From positions 8,709,170-8,766,456 of the forward strand of contig NC_068983.1 in assembly GCF_001194135.2 (NCBI RefSeq): DNA of 57,287 nucleotides, read 5' to 3'. Of the stretch, positions 36,757 to 50,548 are shown one piece after another (the stretch's first letter is position 1; each line of letters starts with the position of its first letter). A program made the position numbers and the translations under genes. This stretch comes from Octopus bimaculoides (Eukaryota). The notes beneath the pieces were generated by a model that saw only the letters and a program-made list of their open reading frames with translations, made no database searches and had not been told where the DNA came from.

Positions 36757-38152
36757 ACACATAAATTGGCGTGGAATGATATATTCAATATAGATACATA
36801 CAATGAGCTGTAGATGGTATCTCCATTAGTTCAATGCATTGCGAAGTGGATTCATTGGGTACTCAAACTCTATCAAGTGCTTAAATTCGGAAGTTAAGTG
36901 CAGCTATACAGAATTCATAGTATGGATAGATTTGTGCGCGTGTGTAAATGCATTATGTTGGCAGACGAGTGTGCAGGAAAATCAAATTGTATCGGAGAAC
37001 AAGTTTTTCTATTCATATTCATAATTGTATATGCAAATTAATAAGAGTATATATATACCTACAAAGTAACATGTATTCGCGCGCACACACACATATACGT
37101 GTGCGTGTATATATATATATATATATATATACGTATGCAAGATATATATATATATATATATANNNNNNNNNNNNNNNNNNNNNNNNNNNNNNNNNNNNNN
37201 NNNNNNNNNNNNNNNNNNNNNNNNNNNNNNNNNNNNNNNNNNNNNNNNNNNNNNNNNNNNNNNNNNNNNNNNNNNNNNNNNNNNNNNNNNNNNNNNNNNN
37301 NNNNNNNNNNNNNNNNNNNNNNNNNNNNNNNNNNNNNNNNNNNNNNNNNNNNNNNNNNNNNNNNNNNNNNNNNNNNNNNNNNNNNNNNNNNNNNNNNNNN
37401 NNNNNNNNNNNNNNNNNNNNNNNNNNNNNNNNNNNNNNNNNNNNNNNNNNNNNNNNNNNNNNNNNNNNNNNNNNNNNNNTATATATATATATATATCGAC
37501 AGCTGTTATTAACCATCGTCATCGGTCTAATAATCTCGGTAGTTAGCAGATATTTTAACCCAAGTATCTACTTGATATCAGAAGTGATACTGGTGAAAGA
37601 TGGATTCAGAACATTTATAAACTTAACTTAATATTGAGGTTTACTATGGAGACCAGACCTCACATTTTGTGGGTGGATATGACAGATTATTTTACCTCAT
37701 TATTTGATTAATATTTTACGTTTATTGGGCCAGGTGTGGCTGGCAATCAAAGTATATTCAGGCAAAAATTTAACTAAATTAAGAGACTTCTAAATAAATA
37801 TATCAATGCACTATGAACAAAGCTTGTTAACACATCACCATTTACAAAGCTAAACATGAAGGGATATATTAAAAACCTTTTATTCAAACCGAATCCCCAA
37901 AGAATGATGTATTTGTGTGAAATTCACGTGATACATGATTTTATATACACATCTCAGAAGACCTCTAGTCTGAAACTTATAACAAATAAGTATTAAAATT
38001 TACTTTATGGTAGTTCATTGACCAAATCGTTGGAGCATCATTCGAAAAGCTTTTGTGCTCTATGGTAAAGTCAATTACGTTTCGCTTTGATATCCTCCCG
38101 CGATCTGTTCTTCGATTGAAGAAATATTTATATCAATCAAGTATTTGTCTCC

Positions 38153-38188
<36 letters not shown>

Positions 38189-38489
38189 GAATGTGCAGTT
38201 TCTTTAAATTTGGAGGCATTGTGTCTATGTAAAACATATATTAACAAATATTTCGACATATTTGCAACAAGTATTTTAAAAGTAAAAATGCAAAAAGAAA
38301 TATTAAAAAAAATTATAATAACAACTCCACCTGACAAAGTGATACATGAAAACAATAGCAAGAAATTAAAAAAAATATTGAGAGACGTCAGTTTCTGTAA
38401 ATACAATTCTATGGAACGAAAATATTTTCTATTTCACTCTCTCGCTCTCACCAATCCTGATCTCTTTCTCATTGTCTCTCTCTCACTCT

Positions 38490-38634
<145 letters not shown>

Positions 38635-39129
38635 TGTCATTCTTTTGTTTTTCTCTTTCCGAATTCTGATTCCATCGTGTTGAAGTCTTCGAATGAAACA
38701 CAAATAACATTGAATGTATTGAAATATGCTTAAAAAACTTCTTCAAAAACGTAAAAATAAAAAAAAAAGAATAACAGATTTATCGTCATTTTAACTTTTG
38801 TTTTAGTACAAGAATATGTTGCAAACGCTAAAGGCTGTCCATCATCTAAAAAAATCGATATGATATATGATATTAAAAAAAAAAAGTGTATGAAAAGAAA
38901 ACGATAAGGAATTACTTAATGATATGAATTTAGAAAGAAATTTTGAAAATGTTGATCTGATGTAAAATAAAGCACACATTGTTTAAAATGAAAAAGGCAA
39001 TAAAAACAAGAACTAAGAAATATAATTTCTGCAGTCGACATAAATAAGATATTTGAGAACTAATCGTTTGTTTTCGTTAACGCTGCATGTTATGTTGGTT
39101 GTGTATGTATGAACTTGGCATAAAGAAAA

Positions 39130-39330
39130 TGGATGAAGGAAAGAAGAAGAAGACGAAGAAGAAGAAGAAGAAGAAGAAGAAGAAGAAGAAGAAGAAGAAG
39201 AAGGAGGAGGAGGAGGAGGAGGAGGAGGAGGAAGAGGAGGAGGAAGAGGAGAGGTGGAGGAGGAGTAGAATGAAAGAAGAAGAAGAAGAAGAAGAAGAAG
39301 AAGAAGAAGAAGAAGAAGAAGAAGAAGAAT
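39130..39330. repeat. Compound purine tract (AAG)n-(GAG)n-(AAG)n
   Basis: About 200 nt, almost free of pyrimidines on the + strand. Confidence 0.95.
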
Positions 39331-39714
39331 ATAAGGACGTAGAAACGGAAGATGTGAAAAGATGTTAGACAATAGGAAGAAGATGAAAAGGATGAAAAAG
39401 AATTAGAGGAAAATGAAGAAAGGGATAAAAAGAAACGAAGACTGAAACAGGAAGGAAAGAGGATGTTAAGCAACAGTACAAACAAAAAGAAACCATAGAA
39501 TAATTTCAAGGATGTATTCAATAAACAGAAATCAGCGTAAATATAGGCTGGACACAAATGTAATCTTCTTGACATCAGTGAAAGCATTCTAAAAGCTTCT
39601 TTTATCCAAAGATATTTGTGTTGTGGTATTCAAACTTTCGTACATAAATTTGCATTGAATCCTCTACTTGGTTCAATCCTTGAAATAATAGAAAAATAAA
39701 AGAAAAAAAAGTGA

Positions 39715-39900
39715 CAAAAAAGATCACCCTTTCGCTCCTACTTGTGGGAATATCGCAATTTGAAATGTAATTTCTCACCCCGGTTCCCGAAACGCCGGAG
39801 TTTTAATGGTGGCAGCTGATGAAGGGGATGTTTCTATGTGGCCTGCTTGTTTGTTGCACCTTGTTTACCATTTTGTCCTTGTTCTCTTGCCACGTCATGT
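39715..39900 (+). mobile_element. Possible Penelope pseudo-LTR fragment containing both hammerhead core strands
   Basis: TTCCC GAAAC GCCGGAGTTTTA..CAG CTGATGA A GGGGA. The CCGAAAC..GGAGTTTTA half matches the 27424-27484 ribozyme. Confidence 0.35.
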
Positions 39901-39982
39901 ACCCAGTTATGTATCTATATGTACATGTAGATGAACGTATATACATACATGTACATATATATGCATATACTCATATATTGTT

Positions 39983-40020
<38 letters not shown>

Positions 40021-40107
40021 CATGTGTGTGTGTGTGTAAGTGTGTGTGTGTGTGCTAGTAAAAAGAAGCTATCTATCTATCTATCTATATATATATATAT
40101 TTATATA

Positions 40108-40457
40108 TCGTCGTGGCACTCCGTCGGTTACGACGACCAGCGATCCAGTTGATCCGATTAACGGAACAGCTTGCTCGTGGAATTAACGTGTAAGTGGCTG
40201 AGCACTCCACAGATACGTGTACCCTTGACGTAGTTCTCGGGGAGATTCAGCGTGACACAGAGTGTGACAAGGCTGGCCCATTGAAATACACGTACAACAG
40301 AAACAGGAAGAAAGAGTGAGAGAGAGTTGTGGTGAAAGAGTACAGCAGGGTTCGCCACCACCCCTTGTCGGAGCCTCGTGGAGCTTCAGGTGATTTCGCA
40401 CAATAAGCACTCGCAACGCCCTGTCTGGGAATCGAAACCGCGATCCCACGACCGTGA
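40108..40457 (-). mobile_element. tRNA-derived SINE family C, missing only the A-box end
   Basis: The minus strand has a B-box (GCGGTTTCGATTCCC) at about 40428-40442. The 3' end ..TCGTCGTAACCGACGGAGTGCCACGACGA runs into (TA)n. The tail is homologous to 55533-55672. Confidence 0.85.
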
Positions 40458-41420
40458 ACATATATATATATGTATGTTAGTATATATATAAATATACATA
40501 TATACACACACACACATATACATATGCATATATATATATAATTTTTGTATGCGTCCTTTTAAAGCCTTGCCAGGCTCATGAGCCCAGTCTCCCGGTCCCT
40601 GTGGCATATGTGTCACATGAGTTGGACGGTTTAATTAAGAATTCGTAAAGGATTTAATTGTGTTATTTGCCTGCTTAAGAATGGTCAAATACTATTTAAG
40701 AGAAAACATAATTATTGGATAAGTAGGGTACGAATTGTAAGAAGCAGTCCTACATAACTTGATAATAAAGTGTTTTTCTGTTTAAGAGATATACTCCGTT
40801 TTGCACAAGATCATAAAGAGGCCCCATTTACCTGCATTTTCAATCTGATAATAAATCGAAATACATGTATACATACATATGCACACATATATACATATAT
40901 ATGTATTTATAAAAATGAATAGATAATGGAGATATACAATTGTCAATCCCCAAATTAAATTTATCTACAAGATATTATATTATACTCTTATAATAATAAT
41001 ATAATATAATAAATAATAAATTCTAAATACAAATAACATACAATTGTTTCGTTTCTTACCCATAATAAAATTATAAAAAAACATTCTCTACAAATTATGC
41101 ATTGAACATTGGAGCCAGTGAACGATTGGATGCTTTCATCCCTATTTCCTTATAATATATATGCAGTTATGTATATATAAATTATACATTTAATGATTCC
41201 AATTGTTTGGAACACTTTAGGAGCAAGAAAATCAAAATCTACAGGAAATTCTCAATTGAAATGTTGTTAGAATACGTGTCAAATTACATATTAATTGTTA
41301 ATCTAAGTTTGAAAATCAAGAGAGTAATCATAAAATGAGGTTTTCTATTCGGCTTATATTTAGATTAAATTAAGCGTAGGGGAAGGGGAAACGGAGAAGA
41401 AAATAAATAAATAATAGATA

Positions 41421-41423
41421 ATG

Positions 41424-41518
<95 letters not shown>

Positions 41519-41578
41519 AAGAAGAAGAAGAAGAAGAAGAAGAAGAAGAAGAAGAAGAAGAAGAAGAAGAAGAAGAAA
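41421..41578. repeat. Compound microsatellite (ATA)n(AAG)n
   Basis: Directly visible. Confidence 0.96.
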
Positions 41579-42114
41579 AAGAAGAAATAAACGTTTGTAT
41601 GATATTACCGTGTATTATCTACTGGATGTGAATTCAATAATTGCAAAGAAGCCATGTATGAATAACTCTGGCAAAAGAAAAAAATATCCTATTCAAAAAA
41701 AAATTCCATCAAAATACACCATGGTCTCGAGACATATCTACTATATACCTCCCCAGTAGTCCCGCACCCTACTCCGTCAGTAAAGTACGATTTATATATT
41801 CAGGTGCGTTCTTTCTAATTATCGAACAACTGCCACATAGCGTCACACAAAACTTGTTTAGATATTTCTTCCCTAGTTCTAATTGAATGTTTTAATTTTG
41901 TCTAAATAGAACAACTTAATGATTTTTTTCAATTTAATTTTTTGTTTCTCAGAAACTTAATTTCAAGTTCGTATTTATGTGAAATTTCTTACGAGAGCTT
42001 GTAGTACGAAGTCGGTAAATTAGATGAATTAGGCCGCGAAAATTGGGGACCCACAAAACAACTGAAACGAAATTTCGTAATCCAATTAAATAAACGGAAA
42101 TTTAGTGTCAAGGA

Positions 42115-42189
42115 GAACGGAGAAGTAAAGAACGAAGAAGCAAAGAACGAAGGAGTAAGGAACCAAGGAGCAAAGAATGACGGAGTAAG
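42115..42189. repeat. 15-bp minisatellite x5 (consensus GAACGAAGGAGYAAR)
   Basis: Units GAACGGAGAAGTAAA, GAACGAAGAAGCAAA, GAACGAAGGAGTAAG, GAACCAAGGAGCAAA, GAATGACGGAGTAAG. Confidence 0.85.
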
Positions 42190-42283
42190 AGTTTGTTGGA
42201 AATACCTGAGTTGTGAGAGTTTGAAGTATTTCAAATTTTGCCCAGCAAGAGATTTATTCTGTTAATATGTAATCTCATGTAAA

Positions 42284-42439
42284 TGCCGGGAACTGGCAGA
42301 ATCATTAACACATCAGGCAAAACGCTTAGCGGCATTTCCTTCTGAGCTCAAATTGTACCGAAGTTGACTTTGCCATGAATACTTCCGGTGTTCGATAAAA
42401 TAAGTACCAGTTGAACAGTGGAGTCGATCTAATCGGCTT

Positions 42440-42442
<3 letters not shown>
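42284..42442 (+). mobile_element. SINE family A running into (TG)n and a gap
   Basis: CTGGCAGAATCATTAACAC..GCTTAGCGGCATTTC..GAGCTCAAATT..GTTGACTTTGCC..GATAAAATAAGTACCAGTTG. Confidence 0.8.
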
Positions 42443-42495
<53 letters not shown>

Positions 42496-44925
42496 NNNNN
42501 NNNNNNNNNNNNNNNNNNNNNNNNNNNNNNNNNNNNNNNNNNNNNNNNNNNNNNNNNNNNNNNNNNNNNNNNNNNNNNNNNNNNNNNNNNNNNNNNNNNN
42601 NNNNNNNNNNNNNNNNNNNNNNNNNNNNNNNNNNNNNNNNNNNNNNNNNNNNNNNNNNNNNNNNNNNNNNNNNNNNNNNNNNNNNNNNNNNNNNNNNNNN
42701 NNNNNNNNNNNNNNNNNNNNNNNNNNNNNNNNNNNNNNNNNNNNNNNNNNNNNNNNNNNNNNNNNNNNNNNNNNNNNNNNNNNNNNNNNNNNNNNNNNNN
42801 NNNNNNNNNNNNNNNNNNNNNNNNNNNNNNNNNNNNNNNNNNNNNNNNNNNNNNNNNNNNNNNNNNNNNNNNNNNNNNNNNNNNNNNNNNNNNNNNNNNN
42901 NNNNNNNNNNNNNNNNNNNNNNNNNNNNNNNNNNNNNNNNNNNNNNNNNNNNNNNNNNNNNNNNNNNNNNNNNNNNNNNNNNNNNNNNNNNNNNNNNNNN
43001 NNNNNNNNNNNNNNNNNNNNNNNNNNNNNNNNNNNNNNNNNNNNNNNNNNNNNNNNNNNNNNNNNNNNNNNNNNNNNNNNNNNNNNNNNNNNNNNNNNNN
43101 NNNNNNNNNNNNNNNNNNNNNNNNNNNNNNNNNNNNNNNNNNNNNNNNNNNNNNNNNNNNNNNNNNNNNNNNNNNNNNNNNNNNNNNNNNNNNNNNNNNN
43201 NNNNNNNNNNNNNNNNNNNNNNNNNNNNNNNNNNNNNNNNNNNNNNNNNNNNNNNNNNNNNNNNNNNTATATGTCGCGTTTTTACTGGTTTTACTAAGTA
43301 TACTGTATACCGAAGTGAGCGTTGTAAGAATCTAACATAGTAATGATAAAATAACATACATCTTCTGTATTAAGTATAAACAATCTATATACCAAGTGAA
43401 ATATATTTGTTCTTCATTTATATATAACTCATTTTTATTCTATGGTTTCATAATAAATGTGAATAAGTTTTCGATGTATTTTTTGATAGTTCTTGTAATC
43501 TATAATATATTTATACGAAAAATAAAAATAAATATGAACATCAAGTATAAAAGAAATTTGAAAAACTACTATTTCTTAATATGCCTTGTATAATACCCAA
43601 ATGCGTATTAAAATTTAAATTTTATACCCCAAGAAAACTATGTAAATGAAGTTGAGAAAAAGTTTATCTAATATAAGTTTTTGCTCAAAACGCTTTTATC
43701 GCTCATTACGTATTCTGCATGGAGCTCTTAATTATACATTGAATACAAGTGAAGATAAATATTCATATACACATTAACAAAAAAATCAAAGAATGCAACA
43801 ATATTATTATCGGTAGAAAATAATAGAAAACACAATCTTTGAAAATAAATCTATTGTAAAACCTATCTTTTTCGTTTCAGGTATTCTACAGCATGAATTT
43901 TAACATTACGTCTAGATTACGTTCGACTCCAGTATAATCCACTTCTGGGAAGGAACACTACGTTGAGAAATTATGGAATTTAGATGTGTGTGAGTGAGTG
44001 TGCCTGCATACGTGTGTGCACGCGTGTGTGTAGTAAAATCGTTCAAATGAGTAAAGTCAACGTGCTGTGAGGAGTGAAAAATCAAGATTTGAAGTCAATG
44101 ACCTCCTTCAGGAAACATTTGAAAGGTGAGAAACATCCAAGAGTTTTGCTTCTTGTAATTTAAAGAAGGATCTGCTATCCCTTATATATTTCTTTCCCTC
44201 CAAATTTTTCTTCCAGAAAAGACTTTCTCCGAAACGTTGGATTTTCGATCCCACACACCAGCATTTCGTCGTGTACGCCATCTCAGATAAAGCGAAAAAA
44301 TGAGGAGCTTGCATGACTTATGATATTTACTCCATAATCTTTTCTAACGGATTCTTGGCAAACAACGAACTGATGTTGTAAATCTACATACATTCAGACG
44401 TTATGGGACTTAATTGCCAATTCAATAGATGAAGAAATAAAGACAACTATAAGAAACCGATGACAATATCTGTGTTGTAACCCTAAGTGTCATAAATAGC
44501 TACCTTATGTTTATAAATCAATATATACAGTCTTCTTTAAAACAGGTTTGATTGAGATGGCCCGATCTCGGTCCAAACAAGAACAAAACGTTCTTTATTT
44601 AATATTCACCATATGTTTTTATGAAGGGAATTATTAATATTACCGACATTTTCAATGGAATTTTATGCCATGTAATATTGCATAAATTCACATATACAGG
44701 CATACCCATATATTTCAGCATGTTTGAAAATCAAGCTCGCAGTTAATGTCGTATACGCGTACTCACAATGTTCTTAATCATGAAATTAAGAATTATGCTA
44801 CTTAATGATGTGATTAAAATCGAGTTGAAATGTGCTGACATGCGTTTGTCAAATGTTTGTACTGTAGAATCACTTTGACCCCAAAATTGTGAATGTGATG
44901 TAGTAGAGAGAGATGATAGTGAAAG

Positions 44926-44966
<41 letters not shown>

Positions 44967-45327
44967 GTATATATATGTATGTATGTATATATATATGTAT
45001 GCATGTATGTATATGTGTGTGGTTATGAATACATGATTGTGTGTGAATGTTTATGTATGCATGCATATGTACCTGTGCGCGTGTGTATGTACGTACGTCA
45101 GAAGGAAAACAACTATCAGTAGCATGTGAAATTTACAAGAAAAACATGTGAACTTCCAGAACTGATATCATGAAAGATTAATTTGATTTCTTTCAATTTA
45201 TTTTTCCTTCTCTTGCAGCATGACTAAATCATCCTAAAAAAGACTGTAACTGGCAGCATAGTTCGATGAAAATGTAAATATCCTTTTCTTTTAGTCATGA
45301 TAAATTTCTCAACGAATTTTATCCTTG

Positions 45328-45368
<41 letters not shown>

Positions 45369-45589
45369 TATGCACGTTATTTGTTGTGTGAGAGACCGTG
45401 CATGTGTTCTGTTTATGATTACCCTTGCAAAACTGTAAAGAAAAAAAAAAGACGAAAAATTCGTAACACAATGACTTGGTAGGAATTGCGAGATAAAAAA
45501 AAGGCTATTGAACAGATTGAAGTACTTGGATACATAGATGGATGTTAATGAACGGTAAGCAGCTGCTGTTACACTACACTGATTCTTAC

Positions 45590-45720
45590 TGAATCATGAA
45601 AGAGAGTGGTCCCTTGTTCCTTATTTCCATTAATGTTGTGATTTCAAAGAATTCTGCATCATTGTCATTCACAGAAAGTGTTCCATTCCTCTTTGCTTTG
45701 TGTTGTATTGAAACCATAAC
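45590..45720 (-). mobile_element. Small decayed reverse-transcriptase fragment of a LINE (around the QG-x-PLSP motif)
   Basis: Minus-strand LSVNDNDAEFFEITTLMEIRNKGPLSFMI resembles V-N-x-x-x-x-x-F-x-I-x-x-G-x-RQG-x-PLSP. Short and degenerate. Confidence 0.35.
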
Positions 45721-48344
45721 TTAACAATCTCATACAATATGAAGCACTTTTCCATAGATATACCTCGTAAGTAACTATATTGATGTTTAAAAAAACTGAT
45801 TTAAACCTAAGCCCAACCATCTTAAAGACACCAAAGTTTCTCTACAAAACACATGAATTAAACCTCGTTCAAAATCAGTCTCAACTAGTTATTCACTCAC
45901 TTACATAACAATTGTAAATCGACCCATGCTAGTGAAGTAGTAATGTAATTAGGAGTTTAAAATATTAGATTGTGAAAGAATATTACTTCATTCTTACTTT
46001 TCTTAAGCACACTTGAAATTTATGTATTCTTCCGGTGTTATTAGGTCTCGTCAGCAAGGTATATAATTTTCTCTACATGCCAATTCTAATTATAAATAAT
46101 CCCTATATAGATGTTCCAGAAATTCATTCTAGTTGGCATAACAACCATAAGGGGTGACGGTAAGCAAGCATCAAGGATAACATCAGATTATTCTTATCCC
46201 CGGGTAAAATGTTTTTATGACTTCATCGAATATCTGCAATTTTGCTCCCTCTGCTCGCTCGAATTTGCAGTAAAATATCAGTCGTTACATTATAATATCT
46301 TAAAAATGAAGGCATTGTGGAATGTAACGATGCATAGACAATGCCTGAAAATATAATAGTGGTGCCGTAATGAATTATTTTGATTATAAGTCTGCCCAAT
46401 CACAACCACAATATGAAATAATGAATCACTGCAGCTGTATAAATTAAAATGAACTTAAGAACATCTTTCAATATAAACACTAAGTTAATACCCAACAAAC
46501 AAAAGCAGGGAAATACCGATTATCATAAAACTGGAGACGTGTGGAGAAGATATATACTGCTTTTTTCTTCTTTCTATCCACTAAGCACGATGTCCAAACG
46601 AGGGAAATTCTTATACGCTCATTAAGGTATAAATGCTAAGTTATTAACTTTTAAACATATAGTAACTTAAGGGGAGGTGTAGAAATGGTACGGGAGGATA
46701 TTTAATAAGGCAGTTAAGAGCATCAACGTATGATGATTTAAGGGTGTTAATGAGAGGATAGAAATTCCATTACCAGTAAATATTGAATTGTGAAGATAGA
46801 GACAGGCATATTATATTATATTACATTAACAAGTAGCTGCACATTAAGTAGGAAAATACGAGAGAATGAAAGAGAAAGAGAAAGAAAGAGAGAGAGAGAG
46901 GGGAGAGGGAGGGAGGGAGGGAGGGAGGGAGTCAAAGAAATCAAAAATTTCTAATATCTTCACAAACCAAACACCAGTACTTGCCAATATTACCTGAATC
47001 TAATGCCGTTGAAATAACGAGTCATTTAAACACTGTTAATAACACCATTCAATGGCTTTGACAACCATGCAATTCAAACACACACTGATCGCACTCTCCT
47101 TAAATATATTCACAGAAAGTATGGTGAGGTCGGGGCTCCTTGTTAGATAAATCTCCAACTGATGTATGTAGTTCCTTCTTTGGTTAATTTTCATTCTCGT
47201 TAGCATGCATTAATATATGTATTTGTTTATAATTGTTTTTTTTATAAAACATTTGGTTTTCTATTAATTTTTCTTTAGTCAATATAAACGCACAGCCACG
47301 CTCTATATAAATATATATTTATGTGTGTACTTGTGAACATGTCTATAGAAATTAATATATACATATATGTATGTTCACATGTATACCTGCACACATATAT
47401 AAATCGCACACATACGAAATTTATACCCGCACACACACACACACGTATATGTATATATACACACAGACACGTAATAAAATTACTTGATACCTAGACATAT
47501 ATTACTCAAACATGTGCTTCTGCTTGTATGTGGCGTGTATTCGTGTGTGCGTGTGTGTGTGTGTGTGTGTGTCTTTCAGTATATTAGCAAAGAAAAATGC
47601 AGTGAGATATAAAAAAGAAGGAAGTTGAATGCACAAAAAATAATTACATAAAAGCCATAAAATTCGTAAAAGAAAAATAACTAAAAAATATATAAGTGAT
47701 AAGCAAAAAAAGTAAAAGAAATATATAACCTATTTATATTTTAATAACCTTAAGATAAATATATTATCCCCTTGAGTTGTAAACAAAAGTTACGGTTCAA
47801 ATATTTTAATAACAAATCCTTTATTAGATTTCCCACTTTCCACTTGAACAGATTATTCTGTCAGTGAAACTGTATGCTATTTCATTTAATATCATGGTTT
47901 ACTTGCTTTCATTCCCCGCTCTATGTTCTCTCGTCAACATGTATAAAAACCACCGAAAAATGCATTAAAAAATCGAAAATTATTTTAAAAAATTCACTTT
48001 ATTTCGTTTGGCAAATTCGTAGCGAAAATAAGCAATCCATTGGGAACTAGACGTTTTGTTTAAATATATATTCCTTCCATTAATTAAATACTTTTTATGG
48101 TTTAATTAGACAGGTTTAAATTAGCTTATTATTTACGGTGGCTTAGATTCAACTATCACAGTAACATTAATCTTATCAATAGTAGAACGACAAGAACAAC
48201 AGCAAAATGTCGTACACAATCGATGTATTTTGTATATTATAGGTTACTGTAACAAGTAGTTAATTGAACGTTTCATTCAGAAATGCGTCTCATTTGCGAA
48301 ACACTACGAGGTCCTAATCCAGATATAATTGTTTCTTTTTAATT

Positions 48345-48545
48345 CGACAAAAGGCCGGAAATTTTGGTGGTAGGGGTGAGTCGATTACATCGCCCACACC
48401 TAGTGCTCAACAGCTACTTATTTTATGGAACTCAAGAAGAGAAAGGGCAAATGCCGTCTCCGGTGGAATTTGAACTCAGAATGAAAAGTCATAAGAAATA
48501 CGGCTAAACATTTTGTCTGACATCCTTAATAATCTGCCTGCACCA
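48345..48545 (-). mobile_element. SINE family A, degenerate, tail B
   Basis: AAGGCCGGAAATTTTGG..GAGTCGATTACATCG..GGAATTTGAACTCAGAA..GAAATACGGCTAAACATTT is the reverse complement of family A. Confidence 0.7.
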
Positions 48546-49095
48546 ACCTTCCTGTTCCACATGATTATTACAGGAAAGGATACATTAACCGGCTTATCAT
48601 CAGAAATTCACTGTTTGGTACGTTTCACAACGTCTTTTCTGCTATGAGTATTCTGGTGATATTTCTGCACACAACATCTATGAAAGTCAGGTATAGGCTG
48701 CTAGTAGAGTTCTAAGGAAGTTTTACATTACTATTAAACTTGAAGAAATGCAATTAGTATAGCATATTTGCAGCACCGTAACAAAATTTTAAGGAATAAA
48801 AATAGGAAATCTTGGGTAGCTTATCTTTAATTTTATTATTTCAATGTCTCAATTATTGGAAAGTTTTCCGGCGAAGAAGTCGATCCCAGTACATATGTCC
48901 TTTTTTGTCATCATGATTATTGTATCGATCTCTGTTGAGAAGCGATTTATCATGAGCGCATAAATAAACCAGCTTAAATGTTATGGTATGCAGGGCAGAC
49001 ACAAACAAGGAGACAAGGACCTACACGCATATACATATATGTATGGTATATACATATATATATATTATTTATATGTTTACGCATGTGTGTGTATA

Positions 49096-49143
<48 letters not shown>

Positions 49144-49718
49144 TGTGTGTGTGTGTGTGTGTGAATTCGACCGGCTTTCACACATCTTCTGCCTCACAAT
49201 TAAGGCAATAGTCGTCCCTGGGCTTTAGCAAAATTGGTAATGAACCCAAAATTACGTAATTGCAATGCAAGTTTCTTAACCAGGCGTCTATGCATAATAC
49301 GTTATTTTGCATTACAGATAACCATTTCTGCTTCCTTTGCTAGGACAAGCAGAATCAAATTATTAAGTAAAACAAAGAACGCCATCTGTAAGGAAACTGT
49401 CGTTAAGAAACTATTACATATCTATCTACAAGCTAGCATTTTTGTATTTTAGCCATTCACATTCCCAGTATTAACTTAAGTACATTTTTTTTTTCTGCAG
49501 ACACCCATCAGCATTGATGTGTTTGTATAATACGCACTCACATCTATTGAATAATTCCACTATATCTAATTAAACATTTAACTTTTATAAACTGAACTAC
49601 CATTGCAGTAACGTTTACTTAATATAAATTTAATGTTTCGTATGCATAGACACACTTGCGTTCGCGTGCTCAAACATAGATATATATTTATCGGTATGTA
49701 GAAGTATATGACGATGAT

Positions 49719-50375
49719 TGACCCAGTTGCCTAGCGTCGTCTACTTATGATCACTACACTGTGTGTTCGATTCTCGGATCGAGTGCCTCGCGAAATTTTT
49801 CCCACGAGAGTTCCGGACCCCAGTAATGAACTCATTTGCCTACAGCCAATCAGAGCTCACCTTGAACTTGTTGTCAAGTTAACAGACACACTCTATTGAA
49901 TAAACTTAATACGACGAACAGTGCTGTAATTCAACCGATTCCCAAGTTACGCCTGATTTTAGGAGACAAGTAATTAGATTTTGTTATGGCCCCCATATGG
50001 TAAAGATGTGGATGGGGAAAATGTGGGTAGAGGGCGATGTGCTAGCAACCCTCTCCCCTTACACAAATAACTACCCAGAAGCGGCCATGGTTAAAACAAG
50101 AACAAGAAGCATTATTAAAAGAGAAAAACAGCATGGTAGTTCCTTATCCAATTGACCTTATCTTATCGCTCATTACTTGTTATGCAGTCATAAATTAGTT
50201 TGATAGTTGAGCTCTGATTGGTTGTATGTAAATGAGTTCATAACTGGGGTCCGGAACTGTCGTGGGAAATAAATTTCACGTGCGGAGCCTTGTGTTCTTA
50301 AGCGAAACACTGCATTTACGTATCTCCAGTCCACTCAACTGTAGATTGGTAACTCTGTGAAGCCCGCAGAATGCA
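49719..50375 (+). mobile_element. SINE family D copy split by the 49789-50280 insertion (head 49719-49788, body 50281-50375)
   Basis: The head TGACCCAGTTG..GTGTTCGATTCTCGGA and the body TTGTGTTCTTAAGCGAAACAC..CTCCAGTCCACTCAACT join up like 36087-36200 once the insert is removed. Confidence 0.65.
49789..50280. mobile_element. MITE-like element 1 (492 bp, about 72-bp imperfect TIRs)
   Basis: 49789-49859 and the reverse complement of 50208-50280 share CGxGAAATTT..CCCACGAxAGTTCCGGACCCCAGT.ATGAACTCATTTxCxTACAxCCAATCAGAGCTCA. No clear TSD is visible. Confidence 0.85.
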
Positions 50376-50548
50376 TGGAAATAAATTGTATATCCTTTAG
50401 TACAATCAATCTTCATCATGTAGAAGGTATAATTTAGTTAACACTGCAACCCCTGAAAAATACTTCCAGGTATCAAACAATATTTCTGTAAATTCAACTT
50501 TACAATGAAAGTAAAGAAACAAAGTTTGTCTTTAGAAGCATTGAGATG

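Noticed and set aside
39013-39587. Poly-Lys/Glu and poly-Leu/Pro/Ser ORFs
   Set aside because: These are pure trinucleotide repeats with no splice or domain support.
44108-44314. 68-aa minus ORF with weak RTE C-terminal resemblance (NLEGKKYIRDSR)
   Set aside because: Too degenerate to support a call.
46907-46930. (GGGA)6 potential G-quadruplex
   Set aside because: It is simply the end of a GA microsatellite, with nothing suggesting function.
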